Numbered from the stretch's first letter, positions 28,453 to 40,430 are shown. The stretch is 64,000 nucleotides of DNA from Octopus sinensis (GCF_006345805.1 NC_043012.1:53630001-53694000), one strand, 5' to 3'. Made by a program: numbers and translations. Notes: generated from the sequence alone by a model not told the origin.

Positions 28453-31372
28453 CCTATATATATATAAATTTAATTTATATATATATATATAAATTAAATA
28501 TCAGTCGTGTACTGGGGTCGATCTAATCGACTAGCCCCTCCCCAAAAATTTCGGACCTTGTGCTTAGAGCAGAAAAGAATATATTGTATGTCTATAGCTT
28601 ATTACGTATGTGTGTCATGGTGGGATAGATATCGTATGTTGAACGGTTCTGTATTGAAAACATATTCATGGCATTTTGATAAATGCGAAAAGAAAACGTT
28701 TCAACAGTTTTATGCCACTTACAAAAATTCTTTGTAGTTTCTTGAAATGATTCATGAGTTTGCACATCTTGCTTGAATTTATAAGATATCCAACAACTTA
28801 GTAAACACCATTATATGTTTAAGTCATCAATATACGGCATACAATGAACGGCATGCAATGATTGCATTTCTGAAATGTTTTAATATCATTTAGATTGTCA
28901 TCTCCGAAATTCTGTTGTGTCTTGAGGAACATTATGCCAATAATAACCACACGCCCTGATTCAATTCCATTTTACTATTATTCGTCAACTGGTTGGCTAT
29001 TTCACCAGCCAATTAATCAATTATTTGACTAATCATTCGGCTAATCAATGAGTCAATCCTATTTGCCAATTCGCAACCTACTCAAAAGTCAGCTTTAGGT
29101 CTATCTGATTGACTGATTATCCGCATGATTAATTGAATAATTGATTACTTATTTGGTTAAACTGCTAACCAATTCACCAATAATACTAACGAAGGTAAAT
29201 TGAACCAATGACTGTATTTATTATCGATATAGTGACCAATAATAATCAGTTCCAGCATACGAATTCAGATAACGAAATATCTCTGAAATACTTTCACCAA
29301 ACCTTGGCGTCAGTGTCAGAACTAACAAATACTACAATCAAAAGTTTCTTTCAGGAGATGTCATTTGTCTTCAATACATTGCATCTAAGAAAGATATTTA
29401 TAAGCTTCATTCTATGTGAAAACTTTATTAAAACCATACAGCTTTTTGTGTATAAATCATCATGTTCATGACAAAATCTCTAAACTGGTAGCTTTATATT
29501 TCAAAGAATTCATTTTTCGATGCTAATGCAAATTTATTCCAAAGTTTTCTTTTTTGTGTGTGTGTGTTTTTCATCTTTCCAGGTTCTTATGGCGATCCCC
29601 ATTTCTTGGTGAAACTGAAAAACGTGACTTACCCTATATGTTACAAAATGCCCGCAAAACCAGGAGAGCTAATGACGTTAATATACGATCCAGTATTACG
29701 TAAGTTACCTTCTTAGCTTTGTTCTTACATAATATTTAGGAGTTTCTGATACTCAACAGGAGAATCGAGAGAAGTCTTATTGCACAATCATATATATTTT
29801 ACTTAAATCAGAGAAATAAAATCCATTTCGTTAAACACAAAGGTGGACATAGTGGTGGCAAGATCAGTAGAGGAGATATTTTCTTTCAACCTTTTCTTGG
29901 TTTGACTTATTGACGACAGCCATACTAAGAGGTTATTCGACCATATGGACTCCACTATTTTAAAGTGTTATTCTTAATTCACCGATCTCTTTTGTCGAAC
30001 CGCTAAGTTATAGCGCAAAAACGTCAGCAGTGACTCAGACACATGCTCTCTCTCAACACAGAAATGTGTGTGCATGGTGTGATGTGGTGTGGTGTGTGTG
30101 TGTGTGTTTGTTCTGTGTGTGTGTTTGTTCTCTGTGTGTGTGGGTTGTTTTTATACACTGAAATTGTTATTACAGGATGAAGGCTGCGAACCGGTCATAT
30201 ATGCACATCTCGTAACTCCTCGCTTTTTATATAATCATCATTAAATAATTCCATCGACCGTCCGGATTTTATAGAACTCTGCAATGTAATCATGCGTATT
30301 CGATTACTATGTGGTACGACAGCTAGGTCCAGCAGAGAAGATATGTGTAATAGGCATATGATTCGATGAATCTATATTTTGCACTACAAATCAAATTTAT
30401 ATATATATATATATATATATATGCAGTTTATGCACACACGCACACACACACATATGTGTGTGTGTGTGTTTGTGTGGAGGCACATGGCGTAATGGTTAGA
30501 GCAGCGGACTCGATGTCGAAGGATCGCGAGTTAGAATCTCAGACCGGGCAATGTGTGTGTTTATGAGCGAAAACACCTAAGCTCCACGCAGCTCCGGCAG
30601 AAGGTAATGGCGAACTTCTGCTGACTCTTTTTTCGCTACAACTTTCTCTCACTCTTTCCTCCTGCATCTTGCAGCTCACCTGCGACGGATCGGCGTCCCG
30701 TCCAGGTGGGAAACCTATACGCCAAGAAAATCGGGAAACCGGCCCTGCTGAGCCAGGCATGGCCCGAGAAGGAACAAACAATATACACACACACTCGTGC
30801 ACATTCACACACACACATATGTATATATATATATATATTTATATGCAGGTACTGCAGGTCGTCCACACAATCCTGAGGTTAGATGTGGTCTGTAAAGCCC
30901 AAGAAAATTATCTTCATTAAACTCACACTCCCGTGGGGAGAGGATTGAGATGAGGCCCAGGACGAAAGCGTGCCAAATATGAAACCCTTCTGCAGAATTG
31001 CAGGGAGAAACGATGACACGTATGGCTTTTTCCAGTCGATGTTGGTGTAGGGGATTCCCTGCTCAGTCTCCATGGACGATCCTTACAGCCATTGAAATAA
31101 AAGGGAAAGGGCGAAGCGGGGCTGTGCTCATGAAGGGAGAGGCAGCTGAAAGAGCCAGTCGTTGGATTTGAAACAAGAGAAAGAAGTTAATATGGAACCC
31201 AGAAGTAGATGAGGAATAGTGACTTGGCCACCTCTGCGGACCCACAAACGGGAGGGTGTTACGTTTCAGGGTCGAATCACACCCGATGAAAGTTGGAGAC
31301 GTCTGATGATATCTGTTCCACCTGACTTTAGTGAATGGAAAAATGAAAAGCACCTCCGTATAGATGTTATTA

Positions 31373-31449
<77 letters not shown>

Positions 31450-31838
31450 CGTGCGTGCGTGTGTGTGTATATGTGTGTGTATAATTATAAATCAAACGAA
31501 GCAAAAAAACAATTCTTTCAAAGGGATGAAAAATATGTTATGTTATAATATATCATTTCTTTTTTAGAAGCCAATGTTTGCATTTAATATTCGTTAAGTC
31601 CATACGCCACCGAAATGGCCTTTAGTAGAAAGAATTATTTTCATCATCATCACCATCTTCACTAAGGCGGACAGCTGACAGAATCGTTAGCACACCGAGA
31701 AAAATGCTTAGACTTTGCCTTTCATCATTTTGGGGTCGATGAAATAAATACCAGTTACGTACTGGAATAGGAGTAATCGACTTCCCAACTCCCTTCAAAT
31801 TTACTGTTATTTTTTATTATTGTCATTGTTGTTGTTGA

Positions 31839-31881
<43 letters not shown>

Positions 31882-32300
31882 TTTATGAATTTTTTGTATT
31901 TTTCATTTGATAGAAATCAATGTGACGGGGAAAATAAGAGAAGGTACAGGAAGTTATAAGCCTGATCGTCCGAACAGAACATACATCGGTAAAGTTTATA
32001 TTAAAACTGCCAATATAGAAATAATGATAGCAACACACCAAATAGTATTCAACGGTAAACGCCTTATTTGGAAGAATGAATCAGACATCGCTTTTAATGG
32101 AGCATCCTGCGAAGTGAATGGAAAAGGAACATTTGTGGAAGTAAAGATTAATCCTGGTTTAACCTTTCTTATCAGACGGAACTTACACGCACGTATGGGC
32201 CCTAAATATGGTTATTTAGATTTCTTCCTCATGACTGACGATGGATTCTCCCCAGAAGTATCCGGAGTTGTGGGTAAGTTGCTTTATAATTTTATTTTTG

Positions 32301-32342
<42 letters not shown>

Positions 32343-35300
32343 TATTATTATTATTATTATTATCATCATCATTCAGTAGTTTTATTTTTATAACGTGCTT
32401 TCACTTCACTACCGAGCTCAGCTCTGTGTGCCTTGGGTATGTGCTGTGATTTGTTGTGATGCTCTGATGGTTACTGTATTGAAACTGTTCTGCGTAGGAT
32501 GTGTGCAGTACCCAGTAGTGCAATTTTCTGTATGTTATATGTGTTTGTAAGTCCTGGTGTTTTTGTTATGTATTTGTCTGAATATTTTTTTATCATGCCT
32601 AATGCACCTACTCTGATAGGAATTGTTTCTGTTTTTAGATTCCATATTCTAATTACCTCTATTTCCTTTTTCATCATGATCTCTGACAACTATATCTGGT
32701 CTGTTGGCCTTAATTTCTCTATCTGTGTGTATTGGCATATCCCAGAGTATGTTTGCTTTCTGGTTTTCTGTGACCTTTTCTGGTGTGTGTCTATACCATC
32801 TTTTTTCTATTGTTATTCCATAATTTTGACATAGCTTCCAGTGTATGTAGGTCCCAACTGTCGTGTCTGTGAACATATTCCTTCTTAGCCAGGACTGGGC
32901 AGCCAGAGATAATATGATTTATTGTTTCTTGTCCATCTCCACATATTCTGCAGTTATTTGTTATATTTCTTTTCATTACATGTTTTTGGTAATTTCTGGT
33001 GGGGAGGCTTTGGTCTTGTGCTGCAATTAAAAATCCCCCTGTCTCTGCTTTGAGTCCTGAGCTTCTCAACCACTGCTGGGATTTTTCTTTGTCTATTTCT
33101 TTTGCAGTTAGTTTAGTCCAGTACTTGCCATGAAGGGGCATTTCTTGCCATCGTTTTATTATGGTCCGTTGCTGTTCTAGTTTTAGTTTTGATTTCATTT
33201 GCTTTATAGCTTTTGTTGTGTTTTCTTCTTCTTTTTCTTCTTTTTCTTCATATTTGTTAGGTGATATGATTACTTGTTGGTATTTGTCAGCTTCCTTAAA
33301 TACTGAGAACAACTTTTTGTTTTGCTCGTGTTTTGCCGCTATTTGTATCAGTTTTGCTTGCTTCTGAAGTAGGTATTTTTGCAGTCCTATGGTGCTTATT
33401 TTATAGTAGTTTTCCAGCTTCTATACGTTGTGTATATAGCCTTTCTATGTCAGATTTTGGGTGATGCATCCTAAATCTTGTCATTATTTTCCTTGTTTTC
33501 CTATCTATTTTGGTTAGTTCATTTAGCGTCCACTTAAGGATATTGTAGCTCTAACTTATAACTGGGACGGCTAAAGTGTTAATACCTATTATATTGTTTT
33601 TAGCATTGGGCTCTCTTTTTAGTATTGATCTAACTCTTCTATAGTATTCTTTTATTTATTATCTCTTTCATTTGTGTATGTTGTGTCTTATCTAGTTCAT
33701 GGATTCCTAAGTATTTGTAAGTTTGGCTTTGGTCTAATTCCCTTATTTCATTGGTTTTATCTAGTGCAATGTTGCTACTCTTAACTAGTTTTTCTCTTTT
33801 CAGGGTTACTTTGGCGCATTTTTCTAATCCAAATTTCATATCTATTTCTTTGGTAAATCCGTGAACTGTCTTTAATAGTGTTTCCAGCTGTTTGTCATTT
33901 GTAGCGTATAGTTTTAGGTCATCCATATATAAAAGGTGGCTGATCGTTTTGCCGTTACATTTATATCCGCATCCAGTTCTATTTAGCATATCAGATAGAG
34001 GTGACAATGCCAAGCAAAAAAGGAGTGAAGAGAGCGTGTCTCCCTGGAATATTCCTCTTCTAATGGGGATGGCTTTGGTTTTCACGAGTCCCTCTTTTGT
34101 TTGGAGCTGTAGCACTGTTTGCCATTTATTCATAGAGTGTCCTATGTATTTTATAATTATTGATGCTACTTTGTTAATGGCTAGTGTTTCGAGGATCCAT
34201 GTCTGGGGGATGCTATCAAACGCCTTTCTGTAGTCGATCCAGGTCATACTGAGGCCTTTCTTCTTTCTGTGGCTGTCTTCAGTTATGGCTTTATTTATCA
34301 TTAGTTGGTCTTCACAACCATATGAGCCTTTGCGGCATCCTTTCTGCTCTTCTGGAAACAGGTTGTTTTCGTCCAGGTGCTTTTTTAATCTTTGTGATAT
34401 TACTGCAGTGAATGCTTTGTACATTGTAGAGAGACAGGTTATAGGTCTGTAGCTTTCTGGTTTTGCTGTCTCATTGGATTTGGAGTTTAAGATGGTTTTC
34501 CCCTTCGTGAGCCATTCAGGCATTGTCTCTGGCCCTGCCAGTGTGTTGTGAAAGTTTTCAGCCAGCTTTTTGTACATTCCTGTCAGATATTTCAACCAGA
34601 AGTTGGGCATCTTGTCATGCCCCGGTGCCTTACAGTTGCTTAGTCTTTGCAAAGCCTGGGTGACCTCTTCAGTTGTTATGGGGGTCCAAAGATGTTCAGA
34701 TGCTGAGTTTGTTGTTTTAATACTCCTTTTTTTTTTTGGTTGTTCTTTCGCCGACCATATTTCTTTCCATAATTCTTCCACTTTTCTGCCATTGGTGCTG
34801 CAGGGATTTCTATACAAGATGTATACAAGTGTTTGTATACATCGTCGGAAAATACACTTAAAATTAATCATACAAAAAAAAATTACCTATCTTGTTTAAA
34901 ATTTGAATATTTCAACTTGAATAATTTTCATATTTAAATTTTCCCCTCATCATTTTGTAACCTTTTCTTTTTTAATGCGAAATTTGCTTGAGGGGCACAA
35001 ATGTATTTTTTCGAATTCTGTTTCCCTCAACACCCATCCTTGCATACTTAGGTAATGAAGCTCAGATTCATATTTCAGTTGTTTAAAAAGCTCCTAATGA
35101 TACTAAAAAGCTAATGATACTAATCATTAAAAATATAATGCTCTTGACTGTCATATGAACACATACATTCAGAAACATACACATATGCATACACACACAC
35201 ACACGCACACATCAAATACTGAAATTAGTACATCAACGAGGCAACAAAATGGTTGTAATCATAGGGAAATTATATGGAAAATATTTAAGGAAAACTGGAA

Positions 35301-36012
35301 TTTGAGTAAAGAAGAAATGTTATATAGAAAACTTTTCTTTGACTTGAAAGCTTTAAATTATATAATAATGTACCTTTGGTAAAATTAGCGGAAAGAAGGA
35401 TGAAATTACTCAGCGACTTTAACAACACAAAATATTGACGAAACCACGACGTCGTGATTACTTTTTTTACCATTACTATAACAAGATTCTATTGCACTAG
35501 ACAGAATATCATCAGCACATTTGTCGACTGCCAGACATTATTAAGAAACTTGGAGTCGAAATTCTTTCAACAGGAAGCATTCAAGTTCTGCTCAGTTTCT
35601 CAAGATATTACACAGTAAATATATAATACACTGAAAATTTAAAATTATGTAACGAATCGCGTAATGATGAAACGAAACAGACATATTGTATTATTCAATA
35701 GTTATCCCTTTGGTTGAGGAAGCTCCTCATCGAAATCTATTAATAATTTTGATTTCAAACGTTGATACAAGATTTCCATTTCACCCTTCTTTATTTTCCC
35801 GGCACCCGTGAGAATATAGGTAAAGCGTTTTCTCGTACGATACAAAATCAGTTTTTCTATAGGGTTGTGTGTAAGGCGACTTGTGACACATTTCCTTTCA
35901 GTAGGGTTTATTGTTTTTGTTTGCTTTTTTCCATATTCCTAAAAATGATGCTACATTTAGATGAATAAAGATTATTCAAGAAAAATACTACATACATTTT
36001 CATTCACTCCCG

Positions 36013-36045
<33 letters not shown>

Positions 36046-36046
36046 C

Positions 36047-36088
<42 letters not shown>

Positions 36089-36377
36089 TATATATCGACT
36101 ACTGATTTTATTGATTTGTATGTCCCATAATATTTTAATAACCTATCTGCATATATCAAAATATATTTCTTTTATTATTTCAGGTCGGTTCATTCCAATG
36201 ACGGGTCACCTCATGAAGGAACACAAAATTTCAGAATTTAAAACCGAAGCAAGGTTGAAACTTACGGAACCGAGAATACATTACAAGCGAGCTGTTCACG
36301 TAGTCATGCATAAAATACAAGATTTAATGTTTAAGATCCCATGCTGGAAGATAGACATTGATAAGCTTGGTTTTTAA
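1311..36377 (+). CDS. ITIH: ITIH-like gene copy A (VIT-VWA-GDPH-ITIH C-terminal), spliced, 5' partial
   Basis: 12 GT-AG exons with compatible phases: 1311-1483, 1575-1685, 4310-4566, 6175-6320, 10842-11127, 16468-16832, 19962-20306, 22236-22371, 28152-28175, 29583-29699, 31914-32273, 36184-36377 (2514 nt, 837 aa plus stop). Motifs [55 protein letters not shown]. Signal exon not in window. Specific ITIH orthologue not assignable. Confidence 0.92.
1575..1685 (+). CDS. ITIH-A exon 3 ([24 protein letters not shown]...)
   Basis: acag| ... |gttagt; VIT-like motif; paralogue 49170-49280. Confidence 0.9.
3437..3484 (+). ncRNA. Degenerate minimal hammerhead
   Basis: GTTT-CTGATGA-aggaatat..atatccca-GAAA-C AGTT GTA-AGAC. 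Confidence 0.55.
4310..4566 (+). CDS. ITIH-A exon 4 (VIT end, [12 protein letters not shown])
   Basis: ttag| ... |gtgagt; inside ORF 4236-4649. Confidence 0.9.
5583..6050 (-). mobile_element. Retrozyme-like or Penelope pLTR-like element, 404-nt unit with 64-nt terminal direct repeat
   Basis: Identical 64-mers at 5583-5646 and 5987-6050 bracketing the hammerhead; (TA)n at its 3' end. Confidence 0.7.
5753..5825 (-). ncRNA. Type-I hammerhead ribozyme (canonical core)
   Basis: Minus strand: TCTTA-CTGAAGA-GCCA[...]TGGC-GAAA-C TGCA GTA-TAAGA; stems I and II complementary, palindromic stem III. Confidence 0.85.
6175..6320 (+). CDS. ITIH-A exon 5 ([11 protein letters not shown]...[14 protein letters not shown])
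   Basis: acag| ... |gtaagt; phase 1 to 0; paralogue 52133-52278. Confidence 0.88.
6456..7088 (-). mobile_element. Non-autonomous Helitron
   Basis: Minus-strand 5' TC(TTATATATAAAA), 3' hairpin CCCGAGCAACGCCGGG then CTAG, in AT target. Confidence 0.85.
7095..7380 (-). mobile_element. Mariner transposase N-terminal fragment
   Basis: Minus translation SLEDEPH...ELAEKLG...[14 protein letters not shown]. Confidence 0.75.
8296..8700 (+). mobile_element. tRNA-derived SINE family 2; copies ~21024-21372(+), 22926-23085(+), 55190-55350(-)
   Basis: GGAGTGGCTGTGTGGTAAGTAGCTTG...GGTTCAGTCCC head; (GTAAAAGA)n tail. Confidence 0.85.
9310..10227 (+). mobile_element. Composite non-autonomous Helitron (two 5' ends, 9310 and 9828)
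   Basis: A|TC start, subterminal hairpin, CTAG|T end; same family as 6456-7088. Confidence 0.85.
10611..10648 (+). ncRNA. Degenerate ultra-minimal hammerhead-like motif
   Basis: TCTTT-CTGCCGA-agaacgtaggctc-GAAA-CGTA-AAAGA; core has A>C change, probably inactive. Confidence 0.4.
10842..11127 (+). CDS. ITIH-A exon 6 (VWA N-half, MIDAS DTSGS)
   Basis: tcag| [12 protein letters not shown]... |gtaggt. Confidence 0.92.
11445..11860. repeat. Diverged inverted repeat whose arms start with a hammerhead relic
   Basis: ccGATGA...cGAAACAGCTGTA at 11448-11491, mirrored at ~11810-11860. Confidence 0.7.
13330..13808. repeat. Long imperfect (TA)n microsatellite; others at 15660-16104, 23990-24311, 44420-44510, 44850-45120
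   Basis: Directly visible. Confidence 0.95.
14241..15400 (+). mobile_element. Degraded mariner element interrupted by a SINE (14700-14915)
   Basis: TA + TTGGGTTGGCCAAAAAGT TIR; relic peptides [14 protein letters not shown]; right end approximate. Confidence 0.7.
16128..16223. repeat. Inverted repeat, 45-bp arms, 6-nt loop
   Basis: GTCTTTGCAACAAGTTGCTAGACCACATACC... and its reverse complement. Confidence 0.92.
16468..16832 (+). CDS. ITIH-A exon 7 (VWA C-half, GTNIN, FLTDG)
   Basis: acag| ... |gtacgt; inside ORF 16425-16853. Confidence 0.92.
18418..18735 (+). mobile_element. tRNA-derived SINE; related copies ~3772-3985(+), 8780-8971(-), 9068-9281(-), 26729-27110(-), 30476-30780(+), 47944-48279(-), 58265-58500(+), 60798-61083(-)
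   Basis: Box A TGGCTTAGTGG, box B GTTCGATTCC, shared body segments. Confidence 0.85.
19962..20306 (+). CDS. ITIH-A exon 8 ([13 protein letters not shown]...[11 protein letters not shown]...LSLK)
   Basis: acag| ... |gtaaga; 345 nt, phase 0/0. Confidence 0.92.
22236..22371 (+). CDS. ITIH-A exon 9 ([15 protein letters not shown]...VYKR)
   Basis: ctag| ... |gtatgt. Confidence 0.9.
24438..24543 (+). ncRNA. Type-I hammerhead ribozyme with long stem II (copy 1)
   Basis: ATTTCTTA-CTGACGA-T TCTA[~58 nt incl. hairpin]TAGA T-GAAA-CGGTGCATC GTA-TAAGAAT; predicted cut after 24536. Confidence 0.75.
24919..25025 (+). ncRNA. Type-I hammerhead ribozyme with long stem II (copy 2)
   Basis: As copy 1, with perfect 8-bp stem I ATTTCTTA/TAAGAAAT; predicted cut after 25017. 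Confidence 0.78.
25392..25660. repeat. Near-perfect inverted repeat, 132-bp arms, 5-nt loop
   Basis: Arms 25392-25523 and 25529-25660, about 3 mismatches. Confidence 0.95.
27456..27859. mobile_element. MITE with ~25-bp TIRs and an internal (CCCTAA)n tract
   Basis: TTTTCGGTTTGAACGGCAGTTTTTT ... AAAAAACTGCCGTTCAAACCGAAAA; telomere-like repeats ~27733-27758. Confidence 0.8.
28152..28175 (+). CDS. ITIH-A 24-nt micro-exon 10 (VNRPPPRG)
   Basis: ttaacag|TTAACCGACCCCCTCCTCGTGGAG|gtatgt; phase 1/1; same size and splice context at 62558-62581. Confidence 0.75.
29583..29699 (+). CDS. ITIH-A exon 11 ([13 protein letters not shown]...)
   Basis: ccag| ... |gtaagt; GDPHF motif; paralogue 63206-63322. 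Confidence 0.9.
31914..32273 (+). CDS. ITIH-A exon 12 (ITIH C-terminal domain)
   Basis: atag| INVTGKI...YLDFFL...SGVVG |gtaagt. Confidence 0.88.
32300..34800 (-). mobile_element. 5'-truncated, frameshifted RLE non-LTR retrotransposon (Dong/R4-like)
   Basis: RT ORF 33639-34871 ([21 protein letters not shown]), [32 protein letters not shown]-terminal [14 protein letters not shown]; 3' end runs into (TAA)n. Confidence 0.9.
36184..36377 (+). CDS. ITIH-A terminal coding exon 13 (GRFIP...[12 protein letters not shown])
   Basis: tcag| acceptor, phase fits; CW motif typical of ITIH C-terminus; AATAAA at the stop, 36472 and 36584. Confidence 0.82.
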
Positions 36378-39300
36378 TAAAATCACATAAATTTACATTT
36401 AATTTCATCAATATTTCATATCTTTAAGGACCGTCAATTGTATAGCTATGAGTAACTGAAACATTCACCCAAATAAATATTTTTTGTTTAAGAAATCATA
36501 TTTTTTGTTATTTATCGTTAATAGATATTATGATCATTGTGCATTTTATAGAGTTGTATGTTTATTTTGTTTATAATATTACAAATAAAATATCTCATTA
36601 AGTATGTTATTTCAATTGTTCATTGTTCGTAAACGGTGACGGATTAACAGAACAGGTAGAGCTTCGGATAGGCTTTATGCTCAATCTTACAAGAAAAGTG
36701 GTTTTTTTTTCTGCTGACATCTTTCCTACATCAATAAAATACGAAACCCTTGAGTACTGATCGCTGAAACAGAATTTTTGTGTCCTCAAAAATTTTAGAA
36801 ATATTTGTTACTAAGGACTGGTGCTTATTTTATCAGTGGAAATTAAACTCAAAATTAAAAAAGGGGCGGACAAAACACCACAAAGTATTTTGTCCGGCGT
36901 ACTAAAGATCCTGCTAGATCTCCGCCTTAATAATAATGATAATAATATTGCTTTTAAATTTGGCACAAGGCCAACAATTTTGGGGGCAGTGGGATAAGTC
37001 AGACCGTGAGACGAACGAAATACCGCTAAGTATTTCGCCCTCACATTAACGATTCTGCCAGCTCGCTGCCTCCCGCCACGCAAGAACGTGAGACTACAAT
37101 GTGTCCCACTAGTTATAGGTCAATTAACAACTATTTCTAATGATTTGAAGAAATGGAGAGAGGAAATAGACACAAAACACAGTTTAGTGCCGCTGCAGAA
37201 AACAGCTAAGGTACTTAGAAAGGTTCTTTGAATGCAAGGTAGAATTTTTTTTTTGGTAAAACCAACAGTCTAATCTCATGTGCGAATATGGAATAATAAT
37301 AATTCCTTATTTTTTTAACATAACGGCGGCAAAGAAAAAGGACGATACAACATAAAGGACAGTGATGGATATACAAAAAAAATAAGAATGTAGCAATGAA
37401 CAATAAAATAGAATATAATAAGATTCCTAAAAGTCGGTTAAGTTCCAGCCATGTGCAGCGAAGGAACCCCACTCATCCTCATTGCCCTGATCACCAAGGA
37501 CACTATAGGCAAGTACCTTTCTCCCATCCACTCTTTCCGGCTTACAAGTCACACGAGTCAACCTCGCTACATTACCAGTAACGCGAGTCAACCTCGCTAT
37601 ATTACTCCATCTTTCAACAAAAATACAAGGACGCAGCACTTCTCTCACCAAACTCATTTTCCTTCTCAAGTCGAACTTGTAAAAAATCAATGACGGCTTA
37701 GCTGGAGAGGAAACAATCTATCTTCGGTCTTTTTAACCTCGTTCACCATCTACCTCTTTCTCATACTCATCAGATAGAGGTAAACTATCTGCTCTTCCCG
37801 GCCGAAAAATGACGACTGAGCGATTCTCAAAGTGGGTCCACTTTACACGTGACAACAAAAGGGCGACAAATCACGAGTCAGAAATGCCAGAACACTGGAC
37901 GACTGCGCGGAGAACGGTTTCATCACCCTATGCACATCATTCGGACTGGTCAATCTGACAGCATTTTTGTTTCTGTAGATCCCGTCGCGAATCAGCCAAG
38001 ACCCCCGAAGTAGTGCTAGGCCAGTGATTTCCAATATTTTTGCGCCCCAGTATTTTCGTTGAAAGGCGGATGAATGTGGTGAGGATGATTCGTGTGAATG
38101 GACCTACTATGAACACGCGTCTCTAAGCCGTTGGGGATGAGGAGGAGAGGGGGCACCTTCCTGGGATCGCCTTGAAGATGTGGGTGACCAGGACATGTGA
38201 GGTTCCGTGGGTGCTCTCGAGCGGGATTACTTCCTTTTGGGAAATTTTAGTGCTTTAACTTTGATGTTAATAATAATTGCTTATTGTTTACATGTTGTAT
38301 TGTATTAGGCACTGATTGTAGTTTATTTTTCTATTGCCCTTTTGGTTATCACTTGTTGAGCTCTTGTGGTAAACAAACGGAAGGATATCATTATTATTAC
38401 CATCATTCGGTTTTTACGTTGTGTGTTCAAATTTCGCCGATGTCGACTTTGCCTTTCATATTGTTGGACTCGATAATAAAGAAAAAAGGTTTAGTTTGAG
38501 CAATAGGGTCAATGTAATCGACTTGTTCCCTTTTCACAGTATCAGGTTCTGTGCCTATAGTAAAAAGGAAACATGGTAATTATTAACATCATTAGTTTTT
38601 GATGATGTCTGATGTGATTTTGGCTCGAAATGGTGATTTTTGCTCTGCTACAATGAAAAACATGCGATGGAAGACTTAAAAAAATATATATTAAAAAATA
38701 CAAGAAGGAAACTAATCCTAAAAGGGTTAGTAGTTTTAAACTGCACAAAGATCTGGGAGACTGTGAGTCATAGCAACTTCGTTAGGCCCACTTGCGCGCA
38801 CGCGTGTGTACATATATCATGGAATGTGTGGGGGTAGATGTGTGTGCGTCGAAGTGTCTCCGACGGTGTGTGGTGTGCGGCCAATAACACTGTATTTATT
38901 CCACGTCCTCGCGTTGTTGTTTTTTCTTGCTTGATCATGTTTGGATTGACTATATATATATATATATATATATAAATTCTTGGCACGCTCAGTTTCTTCT
39001 CCCTCTCCTTAATTCCTTCTTTCTCTCTTTTTCTCTCTATTCTCCGTCTCTTTAATTCCTTGCCCCTTTTTTTCTCTCTCTTCTCTTCTCACGTGACCGC
39101 CGGTCAACTACAGCCTTTCGGCTTCTGACCAGCGCCAGAACAACATCGAATCTTTCGTCTGCCGTAAGGCATTATTTTTCTCACAAGCCAGCTAATTTGA
39201 ATTGTCTAAAGTCGAAAGGCACCTGTTGTCTTTGTCCTATTATTATTATTATTATTATTATCATTTTTTCTTTGTTTTTTGTATTTATATTCGTATTACT

Positions 39301-40109
39301 TTTTGTTTTTTGTATTTATTTTCGTGTAACATCGTCCGTTTTTCTGTCCTTGTTTCGTATATATTCGATCCTTTTTCCAAGAAATCTAATGCTCGTAGCT
39401 TAGTTTTTCCTTGGGGCTGGCCAAATCGGAGCAATCTCAAGATTAATCAGCCGAAGTTGCGGTTCTTGACTGAAGATTAGAGGCTTCGAATGACCCGTCC
39501 GTTTTCGTATCGTCTATTTGAATGTTTTGCGTTCTTGTCCCATTTTATATATTTTTTATACATATATATATATATGTGTGTGTGTGTGTTTGTGTATGTC
39601 TGTGAGCGTGTGTTTGCATGTATATATAGATAGATAGAGACAGGCAGACAGACAGATAACGATAGAGAATATAGAGACTGTTAGATCCTCAAACTTTGTT
39701 TTTTTTTATTTTACACTTTCATACAGCATACCTTTATGACTATTACTACCGAGAAGTGTTTTCACTGCACAAAATGTGGGTAGTTGCACATGCAACCGGG
39801 CACAATTTTTCTGTGCAACATCGTTCAAGGTTTTTCAACCAGCCAGGCCCGAAGTGAACTGAATAAAGTTAGCATTTTGTTGGTTAGGATCCACATATAT
39901 ATGTGTGAGTGTGTGTGTGTGTGTGTGGTGTGTGTGTGTGTGTGTGCGTGTGTGTGTGTGTGTGTGTGTTTTCAGTTTTTATAAATAACATGGAAAAAAT
40001 AAACAGTTACCAGGGTAGCAAAAATTCACACAAGTACCAAGGATGTAACAGCCCACATATAAAAGTAGAAACTCCAGGTTTAGGTGGAATGCTTTTTATA
40101 ATGTAGATA

Positions 40110-40430
40110 AATAAATAAATGAAGTTAAACACAGTTGTTATTCAAATTCTTTTACTTTTTAGATATTTTTAGAAGACAACATTGGTATTATTCCAGAAGG
40201 AATAAAATGGTGCAAAACAATGCAATCTTCTCATCAGGGAAAGAAAGAAACGAAACGCATCAATAAGACTAAAATGTCATTTTGATGTGTTTGGTTCCTT
40301 TCCGTCCCTGTTGAGAAGATTGCATTGTTTTACACCATTTTATTCATTCTGGAATAATACCAATGTTGTCTACTAAAAATATGTCGGAAGTAAACGAATT
40401 TGAATAACGCCTGCGTTTAACTGCATGTAT
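40110..40430. repeat. Diverged inverted repeat, ~150-bp arms
   Basis: gacaacattggtattattccagaa / ttctggaataataccaatgttgtc and other matches. Confidence 0.88.
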
